NCBI GenBank assembly: GCA_963722775.1
Contig: CAVROF010000021.1
Span: 6,668-70,667, forward strand
Direction: 5' to 3'
Length of the DNA stretch: 64,000 nucleotides
Source of the DNA: an uncultured Gammaproteobacteria bacterium
GTDB lineage: Bacteria; Pseudomonadota; Gammaproteobacteria; Steroidobacterales; Woeseiaceae
Positions 20,001 to 28,200 of the stretch are shown in pieces. The notes below the pieces were generated by a model, which was not told where the DNA came from, ran no database searches, and was given only the letters and a program-made list of their open reading frames with translations. Every line of letters begins with the position of its first letter. The stretch's first letter is position 1. The position numbers were made by a program, and so were the translations under genes.

Positions 20001-22950
20001 CAGCGCTGACCACGTAGCTGATGTCCTGGTAGACGATGTCCTCTGGTAACGCGGCCTGGAGTGCCGGGGCTTGCAGCGCCGGAGCCTGAAGTGCCGGGGC
20101 TTGAAGAGCCGGAGCCTGCAGAGCCGGAGCTTGCAGTGCAGGCGCAAGGATAGCCGGAGCCTGAAGCGCTGGCGCCTGCAAAGCGGGCGCTTGTAAAGCT
20201 GGTGCGGCAAAGGTCGGAGCTTGCAAAGCAGGCGCCTGGAGCGCCGGTGCCTGCAACGCCGGTGCCTGAAGGGCCGGTGCCTGCAGCGCAGGTGCCTGGA
20301 GGGCCGGAGCCTGCAGCGCCGGGCCGGCCAGCGTGATGTCGTGTGTTTCGTTGGCCAGCACGGAGTCGCAGGCGACCGTGCCGCAGTACTCCGATTCACG
20401 TAGTGGCCCGTTGCCAACTCGGACGCTGTTGAGCAGAGAGCCGAAGGTCCCACTACTCGTGGCAGGGCAAACGCCTTCATAGGCATTGACGGTTATGACC
20501 GAATTGTTGTCGCTCGTGGTGACGAACACAGCGCGCGACGCACTGGAACCCGCCGGTACATAAACATCCAGCAGGTTGACCTGATCACCATCGGCAAACG
20601 GCTGAATGGCCGGGAGCTGATAAAACGATGCAAGCCCGGTCGACACGCCGAAGTCGTTGGGTTGGTTCGCAACCTGGAGGCAATACGGCGCAGAGTCATC
20701 CGGATCGATGTTGGTGATCTCAAGCGGATACATGCGTTGAATCGTACCCAGCGGTTTTACGGGGGTCGGCGCGACGAGAGATGCCCGATCTCGAACGAGC
20801 GACCCATAGACGTTCACATCGCGACTACGCGTGTAGTCGTTGCTACCGATAACGCAGGTCGAAAAGTCTGCACCTGCCATCCCGTCTTCATGATCGGCCG
20901 TGTCGAATGCAAGCATCGCACTCTGAGGCTCGACCACATCGTCCGGCGCGATTTCGGACGTGCTGGTTACCGCACCGCCAGGATTCGCGTCACTATTAAC
21001 AGGCGGCGTATAGGGAAGTCGCAAAGCACCTTCCGGGTCGGCGACAAACTCGCCTTCCACGTCGCGGTTGTCACCCCAGGCAATGAATATATTCTGGCTA
21101 ACCGTGAATCCCGGAAGCTCCGGCCCGGCAGAACCACCAGGCAGGCTGTTTGGAATCCACTTGTCGCTGGCGATTTGCCGGAACGGAGGCGTCGCCATGG
21201 CTTTGTAGTCGCCGCTGAATGCGACCGTGCCAGAAACGTGCGTGCGCAGGTTCTTGAGATCGGCTTCGATTTCGTGCGCGACCTGTGCTTCCAGCGATTC
21301 CATTACGGTCGCGTAGGATGAAATTCGAACTGGCTCTTCGATCGTCGGCGTACAGCCGTCGGTCGTCGAACTGCCACAGCTTGCCTCAAGGCGTGTCATC
21401 CAGACGTCGGCCTTTCGATAGACACGGGCATTGCTACTGACATAGTCGTTAATGTAGATATCGGGATTGCCGGACGGGAGGGGGACGTCCTGCACTTCTT
21501 CACGGTAGGTATCCGTCCAGGCGAGATCTACACGCCCCTTGGTGCTGAAAGCCACTGGCATGACCTGGAAGCCCGCGGCGCGCGGCTCGATAACAATGGG
21601 ATCATCGCTGCTTCCGTCGGCGCCAACCCAGTCCGTACCGTTGACTGAAGACATCGCAACAATGCGTGGTTTGCCAACGAATTGGCCCGGCGCGTCCGGG
21701 ACAGGGGTACAACTGCCGCCGGGATTTCGGGACGCCGAAAACGCCCAAAGGCGGGAACCGTCGTAAGTCAGCCACGGAAATGTCGACGTTCTGAAGGTCG
21801 CACCGCTGGCTGGTTGATCGAACGGACAGATTTCGAAGATCTGGTCGCTGGTTGTACAGACGAACTCAGAGTTATTCGTACATACCTTGGCGACGACGGC
21901 ATTAGGAATGACGTCGAGGCAGCCTTCGTTCGTCTGATCTTCGCAATAATGATGCTTGTTCTTGTGTTTCCCATCGCCGTGGTGATCGTCGTCTCCGCAA
22001 CGATGACTGTCGTATCGATCATCGCTGGGGTCGCACAAATAACCGGGGAAAGTGCCGCTCGCCTGCCGGTAGATAACAGCAATCTTGTTGCCAAACGCCG
22101 TTACGGACGAGCCGTTGATCTGGCTCTTTCCGTCGGCAAGCAGGACCGCATCGGACCAGGTTTCGCCGTTGTCGGTAGACCGGCGCAACTTCAGCTTCGA
22201 TCCCTCACTATCTTCGGGGAACACGGCATACACAACGACGAGCGTACCGGTCGGAGTCGTGATGCTGACCGGATTTAGCTCACCTTCAACATTAATGTGT
22301 TGCGTTATTTCTGTCTGGTCCGCGGGGCTATCGATCAGGTAGAAGAAGCTGGGCTTGTCGATGAAGCCACCTTCAATATCGCTGGTCGTGACAATCCGCA
22401 CCGGTGACTCAGGCTTCCAGAAGTCCCGGTCTTCCTGCGGAAATTCTACCCAGCGCTGGATGGCCAGCACACTGTTGCTTGAGCCGCGATGACCGGCTAT
22501 GTAGTTGAGTACAGCAAGACCGGGCGAGTTGCCGGGAATCGCAACGAGAGACGGATCCGCGGCGAAGCCCATGCCAATTGAGTCGGGGTGTCCGAGGTAG
22601 CCGGGCGAAAGCCGACTAAACCAGGTGTCCGCCTCGTCGTTGGTCATCGAGACGCCCATCCAGCCATCGCCCTGCAACGCCGGAATGTCGGACGCGCGCA
22701 TATCGTTGTAGGCACACATTATGTAAGACTCGTTGCCGGGGCGCACGACACACGAGGGCTCCTGCTGTTGCTTCAGCTGGAAGTCAGGGACATGTTCAAG
22801 TTTCGGCGTAACACCAACGATGTTGGTATTCGGGCCAGGTGTGACAAAGGACTGAGCGAAACCGCTTGTTGGCGACACCACAATAAGTACGCAGGCCGAG
22901 ACGGCCAAACGCAAGACAAATGAACCCCAGTACTTCGTCCGTACTTTCAT
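17020..22950 (-). CDS. giant secreted surface protein: BNR/sialidase-like N-domain, PALQA repeat linker, multiple HYR-type Ig-like repeats
   Basis: Signal peptide from MKVRTKYW, Asp-box STDNGETW, and 18 PALQA units. About 8-9 repeats of roughly 85 aa have the DTTAP...V(V/T)Y...A.D...SC.P.SGS.F..G.T.VTC.A.D..GN signature of HYR domains. Confidence 0.85.
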   Translation of the reverse strand: MKVRTKYWGSFVLRLAVSACVLIVVSPTSGFAQSFVTPGPNTNIVGVTPKLEHVPDFQLKQQQEPSCVVRPGNESYIMCAYNDMRASDIPALQGDGWMGVSMTNDEADTWFSRLSPGYLGHPDSIGMGFAADPSLVAIPGNSPGLAVLNYIAGHRGSSNSVLAIQRWVEFPQEDRDFWKPESPVRIVTTSDIEGGFIDKPSFFYLIDSPADQTEITQHINVEGELNPVSITTPTGTLVVVYAVFPEDSEGSKLKLRRSTDNGETWSDAVLLADGKSQINGSSVTAFGNKIAVIYRQASGTFPGYLCDPSDDRYDSHRCGDDDHHGDGKHKNKHHYCEDQTNEGCLDVIPNAVVAKVCTNNSEFVCTTSDQIFEICPFDQPASGATFRTSTFPWLTYDGSRLWAFSASRNPGGSCTPVPDAPGQFVGKPRIVAMSSVNGTDWVGADGSSDDPIVIEPRAAGFQVMPVAFSTKGRVDLAWTDTYREEVQDVPLPSGNPDIYINDYVSSNARVYRKADVWMTRLEASCGSSTTDGCTPTIEEPVRISSYATVMESLEAQVAHEIEADLKNLRTHVSGTVAFSGDYKAMATPPFRQIASDKWIPNSLPGGSAGPELPGFTVSQNIFIAWGDNRDVEGEFVADPEGALRLPYTPPVNSDANPGGAVTSTSEIAPDDVVEPQSAMLAFDTADHEDGMAGADFSTCVIGSNDYTRSRDVNVYGSLVRDRASLVAPTPVKPLGTIQRMYPLEITNIDPDDSAPYCLQVANQPNDFGVSTGLASFYQLPAIQPFADGDQVNLLDVYVPAGSSASRAVFVTTSDNNSVITVNAYEGVCPATSSGTFGSLLNSVRVGNGPLRESEYCGTVACDSVLANETHDITLAGPALQAPALQAPALQAPALQAPALQAPALQAPALQAPTFAAPALQAPALQAPALQAPAILAPALQAPALQAPALQAPALQAPALQAPALQAALPEDIVYQDISYVVSAGANVTTTYSADIKVNGLDLDSAAVQMIAWTPNVYTSTQDCFAVPAANQQIIAYRDLDAPSLQAVTLPQTFSPNNQNPYAGELSFTGSPDKDVVVTIRIWATGDARVTLETLQLQLDDCRADPFCDADSGEFGAARLISFGASAHQCSTEDAVVNTTVPNQPDCLNNGNEKIRPDLAPPIISVPADFSVEADRPEGAVVTYAASASDNLDPSPILSCTPASGSLIALSPLGTSITCYSEDFKGNSTFESFLVSVVDTTAPTLPSLADVTAEATSASGAVVTYATPAANDAVDTAPSVSCLPESGSAFALGSTAVTCIASDASGNDSSRSFLVAVSDTTAPVLTLPSAITVEPRDPANPDPQAGTFAVDANGNATIEANLPPPDGARISFTATGIDDVVDAGGITVSCSPQSGSVFPFGLNTVSCSASDGTNTSLTSTFTVNIEDNVDPEFNVDDGATFTFTATEPRGAEVDLAGTGAVVATDRGATIVPECSATSATLGITKQLPDYLEAGDWQVTCSVDGVNATTISVTVNVDIIDISAPVLTIPAATLSVDADAITGTAIVDFLAVGGFGGSTITVADDVDIDVALSCSPASGSEFGVGSTTVTCTASDDGPNASGQPNTTTASFILTVADVTPPSILTLPVPIGGNLVEEASSAAGAIVTYTVQSSDNADPMPVIACAPVSGSVFPIGATEVSCTATDSSGNFSTGAFTVSVEDTTDPVITVPADVTEEANAAPNSIVSIGDATATDDVGPVTISNDAPADYPLGPTVVTWTAADAYGNSSSDTQTVTVQDTTAPVLSVPNDIAMASNMADGVVVSFTVSATDLFLAATSCVDQDGFNVESGDVFPIGETTVTCTATDTSDNSASGSFVIDVEQAFGIRLIVPKGQLQAGSTNPIDWLYLDPGSGDVIESGFLAPTVSWIGPYAPNDSDCSGATSGSGSGDDAGSSDKRYSASSRTWQFSWKTPDMSGRFLLVITPPGIGDPAATACVRLR
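20056..20325. repeat. 15-bp in-frame tandem repeat (18 units) encoding (PALQA)n
   Basis: The units are 7x PALQA, PTFAA, 3x PALQA, PAILA, 6x PALQA. They differ at synonymous positions. Confidence 0.9.
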
Positions 22951-23019
22951 TGAACTACCCCCGGTGCGGCAACACATCTCGCGTTGCGCGCTTCTTATTA
23001 TGTGCTACATCATAAACTG

Positions 23020-23093
23020 TGGAGCGGGTGAAGGGAATCGAACCCTCATTCTCAGCTTGGGAAGCTGATGTTCTACCGTTGAACTACACCCGC
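23020..23093 (-). tRNA. tRNA-Gly (anticodon CCC)
   Basis: 74 nt, GCGGGTGTAGTTCAACGGTAGAACATCAGCTTCCCAAGCTGAGAATGAGGGTTCGATTCCCTTCACCCGCTCCA. It folds as a cloverleaf with anticodon loop TTCCCAA and an encoded CCA. Confidence 0.92.
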
Positions 23094-23110
23094 CATGTCT
23101 GCATACCAGT

Positions 23111-23935
23111 TCAAAGAGCTGCGCTTTGCAGCACTCGCCCCTGCATCTTCTGAATTTTCCGGCATTCTGCGCTGTTTTTGTGGACGAAGAAATAGTTGCG
23201 AAAGTCGAGTCCCTCGCGAACATTGCCGTGTTGTCGATACTCACTGTGGTCGATATAGGCCCCTCGCCCATTCCTGAGCAGGCTCTTGTGGTCAACAGGA
23301 TCCACGTTGTAGAACCAGCCGACGTACCCCAGGTTCGCTAACAGATCAAAAATTTCACCGCGGTCCGCCTCGTAGTCAAACAGCTCAAACAACAACACGG
23401 GTTTGTGTTCCACTATCGTTTGTTTGGCACCCAGGAACACGTTGTATTCGTGCCCCTGAACATCTGCTTTGATGAATCCCACCGACCCATGTTCGACCTC
23501 AGCCAGGAATCCGTCGAGCGTTACGACAGGCACTTCGATTACGTCCTTAAATGTACCTGCCGGCAGGTTTACCCCGGCCTCGCCAGATCCTATTTTGGGC
23601 CGTTGTAATTCGAGGGTCGCGGGCGCTGAAGACAAGCCGGCTCCCGTAATTGTCAGGTTTCGCAGATCGAAAGACTGCCGCAAGTCTTGCAGATGCGCAT
23701 CGAGTTCAGGCTGCGGCTCGAAGGCAAATACCTGGCCCTTTGGCCCGGCACACTCCGACATGATCCACGAATAGACACCCCAGTTCGCCCCCGCGTCTAT
23801 AAGGCTACGACCGTCGAGTTCGAGGCCCTTCAGGAATGCGATACTCGGTTTCTCGGACTTATAGGCGTACCGCCAACGCCTGTGCCGCATGTGCAGGCGC
23901 TCGTAAAATCCAAGCCCTTTGATGACTTCAGCCAA
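23111..23935 (-). CDS. FkbM-family methyltransferase
   Basis: IDAGANWGVYSW...VFAFEPQPE is the FkbM-type SAM-binding signature. Confidence 0.8.
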   Translation of the reverse strand: MAEVIKGLGFYERLHMRHRRWRYAYKSEKPSIAFLKGLELDGRSLIDAGANWGVYSWIMSECAGPKGQVFAFEPQPELDAHLQDLRQSFDLRNLTITGAGLSSAPATLELQRPKIGSGEAGVNLPAGTFKDVIEVPVVTLDGFLAEVEHGSVGFIKADVQGHEYNVFLGAKQTIVEHKPVLLFELFDYEADRGEIFDLLANLGYVGWFYNVDPVDHKSLLRNGRGAYIDHSEYRQHGNVREGLDFRNYFFVHKNSAECRKIQKMQGRVLQSAAL

Positions 23936-23943
23936 TAGGTGCG

Positions 23944-24603
23944 CTACCCCGTATCTCTGACAAGAATCACCTGGTACTCCGACATGTGGACTTTCCAGCC
24001 CTGGGTCGTGAGCCTCTCAATGACCAGTTTGCCCTTGCCGCCATTCGGCATATCGCAATCGTCGATCAGAATCACCGTATCGTCGTGCAGGCAACCCTCG
24101 ATCGCCTTGATCTCTTTCAGGTGATGATCCTGGCTCGCAGTTTGAATCGCGGTGTCGGTCTTGTGGTAGTCGTAACTGTCCAGATAAAGGAAGTCGACGG
24201 TATCGGTGAAATCATCCAGGTACGCCACCGAATCTGAGGTCACCAGTGTAACGCTATCCCCTAAACCCATTGCATCGACCGCGACGCCGGCACGTTTCGT
24301 TGCCTCGGGATCAATGTCCACGGAATAAAGATGCGCATCGTTTTGCTTCGACCAAAGCCCGAAGACAATGGTCGACGCACCATCACCCTTCGATTTCTCC
24401 AGCCCCATGCGAGCGACGCCGGTCTCAAGAAGAGTTGTCGCATTGCGCTCGTCGAGGAGGCGCAGTACTTCACGAAGGGTGTCACGGCGTTTCCCGAAGT
24501 TGTATTTTCGCGGTAGCAGAGGCGCGAGCGTCTTGTAACGGACCAGTTTGCGGAGAACCACCGCGACCCCAATCACGGACAAAAGAATCAGAAGAAATTT
24601 CAT
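23944..24603 (-). CDS. class I SAM-dependent methyltransferase with N-terminal TM anchor
   Basis: An N-terminal TM (MKFLLILLSVIGVAVVL) is followed by LLETGVARMG...LYSVDIDPE...LYLDSYD blocks. Confidence 0.65.
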   Translation of the reverse strand: MKFLLILLSVIGVAVVLRKLVRYKTLAPLLPRKYNFGKRRDTLREVLRLLDERNATTLLETGVARMGLEKSKGDGASTIVFGLWSKQNDAHLYSVDIDPEATKRAGVAVDAMGLGDSVTLVTSDSVAYLDDFTDTVDFLYLDSYDYHKTDTAIQTASQDHHLKEIKAIEGCLHDDTVILIDDCDMPNGGKGKLVIERLTTQGWKVHMSEYQVILVRDTG

Positions 24604-24640
24604 TGGAAATCAGTGGCTCCGGCCTAGAGAGTCCGTAACT

Positions 24641-25009
24641 TTACCTCGATAACCGGTCTTGTGCGACGCTTGGTGAGAACACCCCATCGCCGATGCCAAT
24701 CAGGTTGTTGACGAACAGGAAGATGGCCGATGCGGTAGCTCGCATGTTGGGCGGCACCAGGTGTTGTACTGCCGAAATGACCGGCCCCAGCCAGGCCAGG
24801 CCCAGCGCCGTAGGTACGACCATATCGGCTCCCGCGATGATGTTCCACGACAGTACCGATTTTGTCTTCCCGACGAGATACCACTTTACATATTCGGCCG
24901 GATCTTTGCTTGCACGCCGCTTCAATTCCGCGAGTGTCGTGTCCGTCGAGTCTCCACGCTTGACTTCTTTTCGCTTGTTGCACGGCGCGTTCCCGCTCAT
25001 TACGCACAA
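24641..25009 (-). pseudogene. chimeric ORF containing a duplicated internal fragment of the MFS transporter gene
   Basis: Its C-terminal half (VVPTALGLAWLGPVISAVQHLVPPNMRATASAIFLFVNNLIGIG) is encoded by the 134-bp copy of 30519-30652. The flanking parts are unrelated to the MFS gene. Confidence 0.6.
24690..24823. repeat. 134-bp direct repeat, copy A (partner 30519-30652)
   Basis: Constant offset of 5829 bp and 131/134 identical. The three mismatches are at 24806, 24812 and 24820. Confidence 0.9.
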
Positions 25010-25078
25010 ACCCTGACAGCGCCTGAGGTTGGTGCCCGTCTCATCTCCCCGAAATTTTGTAACTTTTGCCGAAGATAA

Positions 25079-25108
25079 TTGACAGCGCTGTCAACTAATA
25101 GGTAGACT
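25079..25108 (+). promoter_or_regulatory. sigma70-like promoter with a perfect 16-bp palindrome over the -35 box
   Basis: TTGACA (25079-25084), an 18-nt spacer and TAGACT (25103-25108). TTGACAGCGCTGTCAA (25079-25094) is a perfect palindrome. The element lies about 135 nt upstream of the GH16 ATG. Confidence 0.4.
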
Positions 25109-25241
25109 TCGGAAACAAATCAGCGGATTTGACGTTGTTCCAAGCAGCATAGGGCGTGTAATTCATCACGCTAGAAAAAATAATAATAATTTCTTCAATG
25201 TCTTGCGCCATCTTTCTAATAGTTAACTAGAGATTTCAGCC

Positions 25242-28200
25242 ATGCATGCAAACTCTTTCGCGCGTTCATCACGTCTCTTGGCGGTCACAGTGTTGGCCAT
25301 TTTTTCTGTCAGCGGTTGCGGAGAGGGCGACGGGCAAGCATCGATTGCGGGAACGCCGGCGCCGGCGTCGTCCGGTGTACTGGTGGATTCTCCGGTTTCT
25401 GGCGTCTCCTGGGAATCCTCGTCGGATTTATCCGGAACTACCGACGACCAGGGCACATTCCAGTATCTGTGGTTCGATGACGTAACGTTCTCTATCGGCG
25501 GCATCGTGCTGGGTACCGTGCCGGGTGCGCCGGTTATCTCGCCCGTCGAATTGACCGGCAGCAACAACCCGACGGATCAGGCCGCGCTCAATATGCTGGT
25601 CTTCCTGCAAAGCATTGATGCCGATAGCGACCCCTCGAACGGCATTCAGGTCAGTGATGCGGCCCGGGTCAACGCAGCGGGCATCGCCTTCGATTTTCAC
25701 AGTGCCGATTTTGCGACGCAGATTGCAGCAGTCGTCGCCATCATCGTCCCTGGCAACACCGTAGTCAGCGAAAACGATGCGCTGAACCACTTTTACAATA
25801 CGTATGCGGCGCTCGGCGGAACGGACACGTTCTCATGGGAATTTCCGGGCTATCCGCCCGTCGGGGGTGGCGCCAGCTACGAGCTGGTGTTTGCCGACGA
25901 ATTCAACGAGGGGACAGCGCCGGACCCTGCAAAATGGACCTACGAAACGGGCTACGGTTCGAACGGCTGGGGTAACAACGAGTGGCAGCTGTACACCGAA
26001 TCCCCTGACAATGTGCGAGTCGAGGATGGCAACCTCGTCATTTCGGCATTGTGCCCCACTGCGCCTTGTGGCATCCGCGACGGCTCGATCACGTCGGGCA
26101 AGGTCAACACGCTCGGCAAGTTCAATTTCAGATACGGAAAAATCGTCGCCCGAATCAAACCCCCGGTAGGAAAGGCCGCGTGGCCGGCCTTCTGGTCCCT
26201 CGGCACGAATTTCCCCGATATCGGTTGGCCGCGATCCGGCGAAATCGATTTTATGGAACTTCATAATTTCTATTCGGACGAAAACACGACTCATTTCACG
26301 ATGCATTGGTGGGATGAAGTCGCTGATAGCTGGGTGTATGACTCGCAGTACCTGACGACCGACGAGTCGCTAGGTGATGATTTTCATCTCTTCGAAGCGG
26401 ACTGGAACGAAGACAGAATCATCGGAAAGATCGACGGACAAACCTATTTCACCCGACAAATCGAGCCGGGTACCATGGAAGAATTCCTCGAAGAATTCTA
26501 CCTGATCCTGAACGTCGCTATGGGCGGCACGCTCGGCAGCGGGAATGAGCCGCCCGCCGGCGATGAGACGTTCCCGCAGACGATGCTTGTGGACTACGTG
26601 CGCGTCTTCCAGGGAACGGACGGTAGCGGCGGAGGCGCCGGCGGCGTTCTCGCGAACTTCGACGACGTGATTCCGAGCACCATTACGGAATTCGATGGAG
26701 CTGGCTACGCAATCGAGGCCGGCCCTGTGGGCGGCGACAATAATGCATTGCGAATCACCCGCGACGGCGGTGAGGTCTATGCGGGTGTCTTCATTTCCGT
26801 TTCAGGAATTCCAAGCAACGCAGGCGAGCAAACGATATCAGCGCTGGTGTACTCGCCGACGGCCGGCATTCCGTTCGTCACGAAGTTGGAATATGACCAG
26901 GGCGCCGGTACCGTAGACGTGCAGGCCAATGAGACCGTGGTCGAAGGCTGGCAGACCCTGACGTGGACCTATAGCCTCGAGGCCGGCAACGACTACAACC
27001 GTTTCGTGATATTGCCGGACCTCGGCATGGTTGGCGCTGGAGAGGTGTATTACATCGACAACATCACGCTGGTCGGCTCCGATGGCGGTGATGGCGGTAC
27101 CGGAGGCGGTGATGCGCCGACGGTCGCGGCTCCGACACCACCAGTCCGAGACGCTGCGGATGTGATTTCTCTGTTCAGTGATGCCTACACGGACGTGACG
27201 GTTGATACCTGGAGGACTGACTGGTCCATCGCGACACTCGCCGATGTCGACATCGCAGGCAATGCGACCAAGGAATACACTAATCTGAATTTCGTCGGCA
27301 TCGAGACAGTCGCCGAGCAGGTCGATGCGACCGGCATGACGCACTTCCATGTAGACATCTGGACGCCGAACGCCGAGACGCTCGAGATCAAACTGGTTGA
27401 CTTCGGCCCGAACGGCGCTTTCGAAGGCAATCTCGTCCTTGACGATACCGAGGGCTCGATTTTCTATGATGGGAATTCGAGGCCGGTTCCGGCGCAGGGT
27501 GAGTGGCTCAGCCTGGACATTCCGCTCGCGGACTTCGAAGCGGCGGGTCTGGTTAATCGCGCCAACATCGCGCAGCTGATTTTCGCGGCCACGCCGTCTG
27601 ATAACGTGACGCTGTATGTCGACAACGTGTACTTCTACAACGGCGCCGGTGGTGGCACCGGCGGCGGTGATACGCCGACGGTAGCGGCACCGACACCGAC
27701 GGTGGCTGCGGCGAACGTAATCTCGCTGTTCAGCGACGCCTATACGGATGTAACTGTGGACACCTGGCGTACCGACTGGTCGTCTGCGACATTGACGGAC
27801 GTGACCATCGACGGCAACGCGGTCAAGCAGTACACGGACCTCGATTTCGTTGGCATAGAGACAGTCTCGTCGCCGCTGGATATGGCGGGAGCGACGCACT
27901 TCCACGTGGACGTGTGGACGCCGAACGCCGAGCAGCTGCGCATCAAGCTGGTGGACTTCGGTGCCGATGGCACGTTTGACGGAGGTGATGACACCGAGGC
28001 CGAGCTGGTATTCGACGGCACGACAACGCCGGCGCTGACGCAGGGTGAGTGGGTCAGCCTGGATATTCCGCTGGCCGACTTCCAGGCGGCAGGTCTTGTC
28101 AACCGATCGAACATCGCCCAAATAATCTTCTCGGCATCGCCGCCGGGCAGTACCACGCTGTTCGTGACGAATGTCTACTTCTACGACGCCGGCGGTAGCA

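Noticed and set aside
20056-20325. A regularly spaced short repeat array that could superficially be taken for a CRISPR or other non-coding array.
   Set aside because: The period is 15 bp with no unique spacers. It is in frame inside a long ORF and translates to PALQA units, so it is a coding tandem repeat.
23020-23093. tRNA-Gly as the integration site of a genomic island (the methyltransferase/GH16 side or the giant adhesin side).
   Set aside because: No integrase, excisionase or convincing direct repeat of the tRNA 3' end lies on the correct (3') side. The only match (11 nt at 50609-50619) is on the 5' side and is too short to carry weight.
24641-25009. The possibility that the 122-aa ORF is a functional small membrane protein.
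   Set aside because: Half of it is a verbatim copy of an internal MFS segment (about two TM helices), joined to unrelated sequence on both sides. There is no convincing RBS, so it is better explained as a rearrangement by-product.
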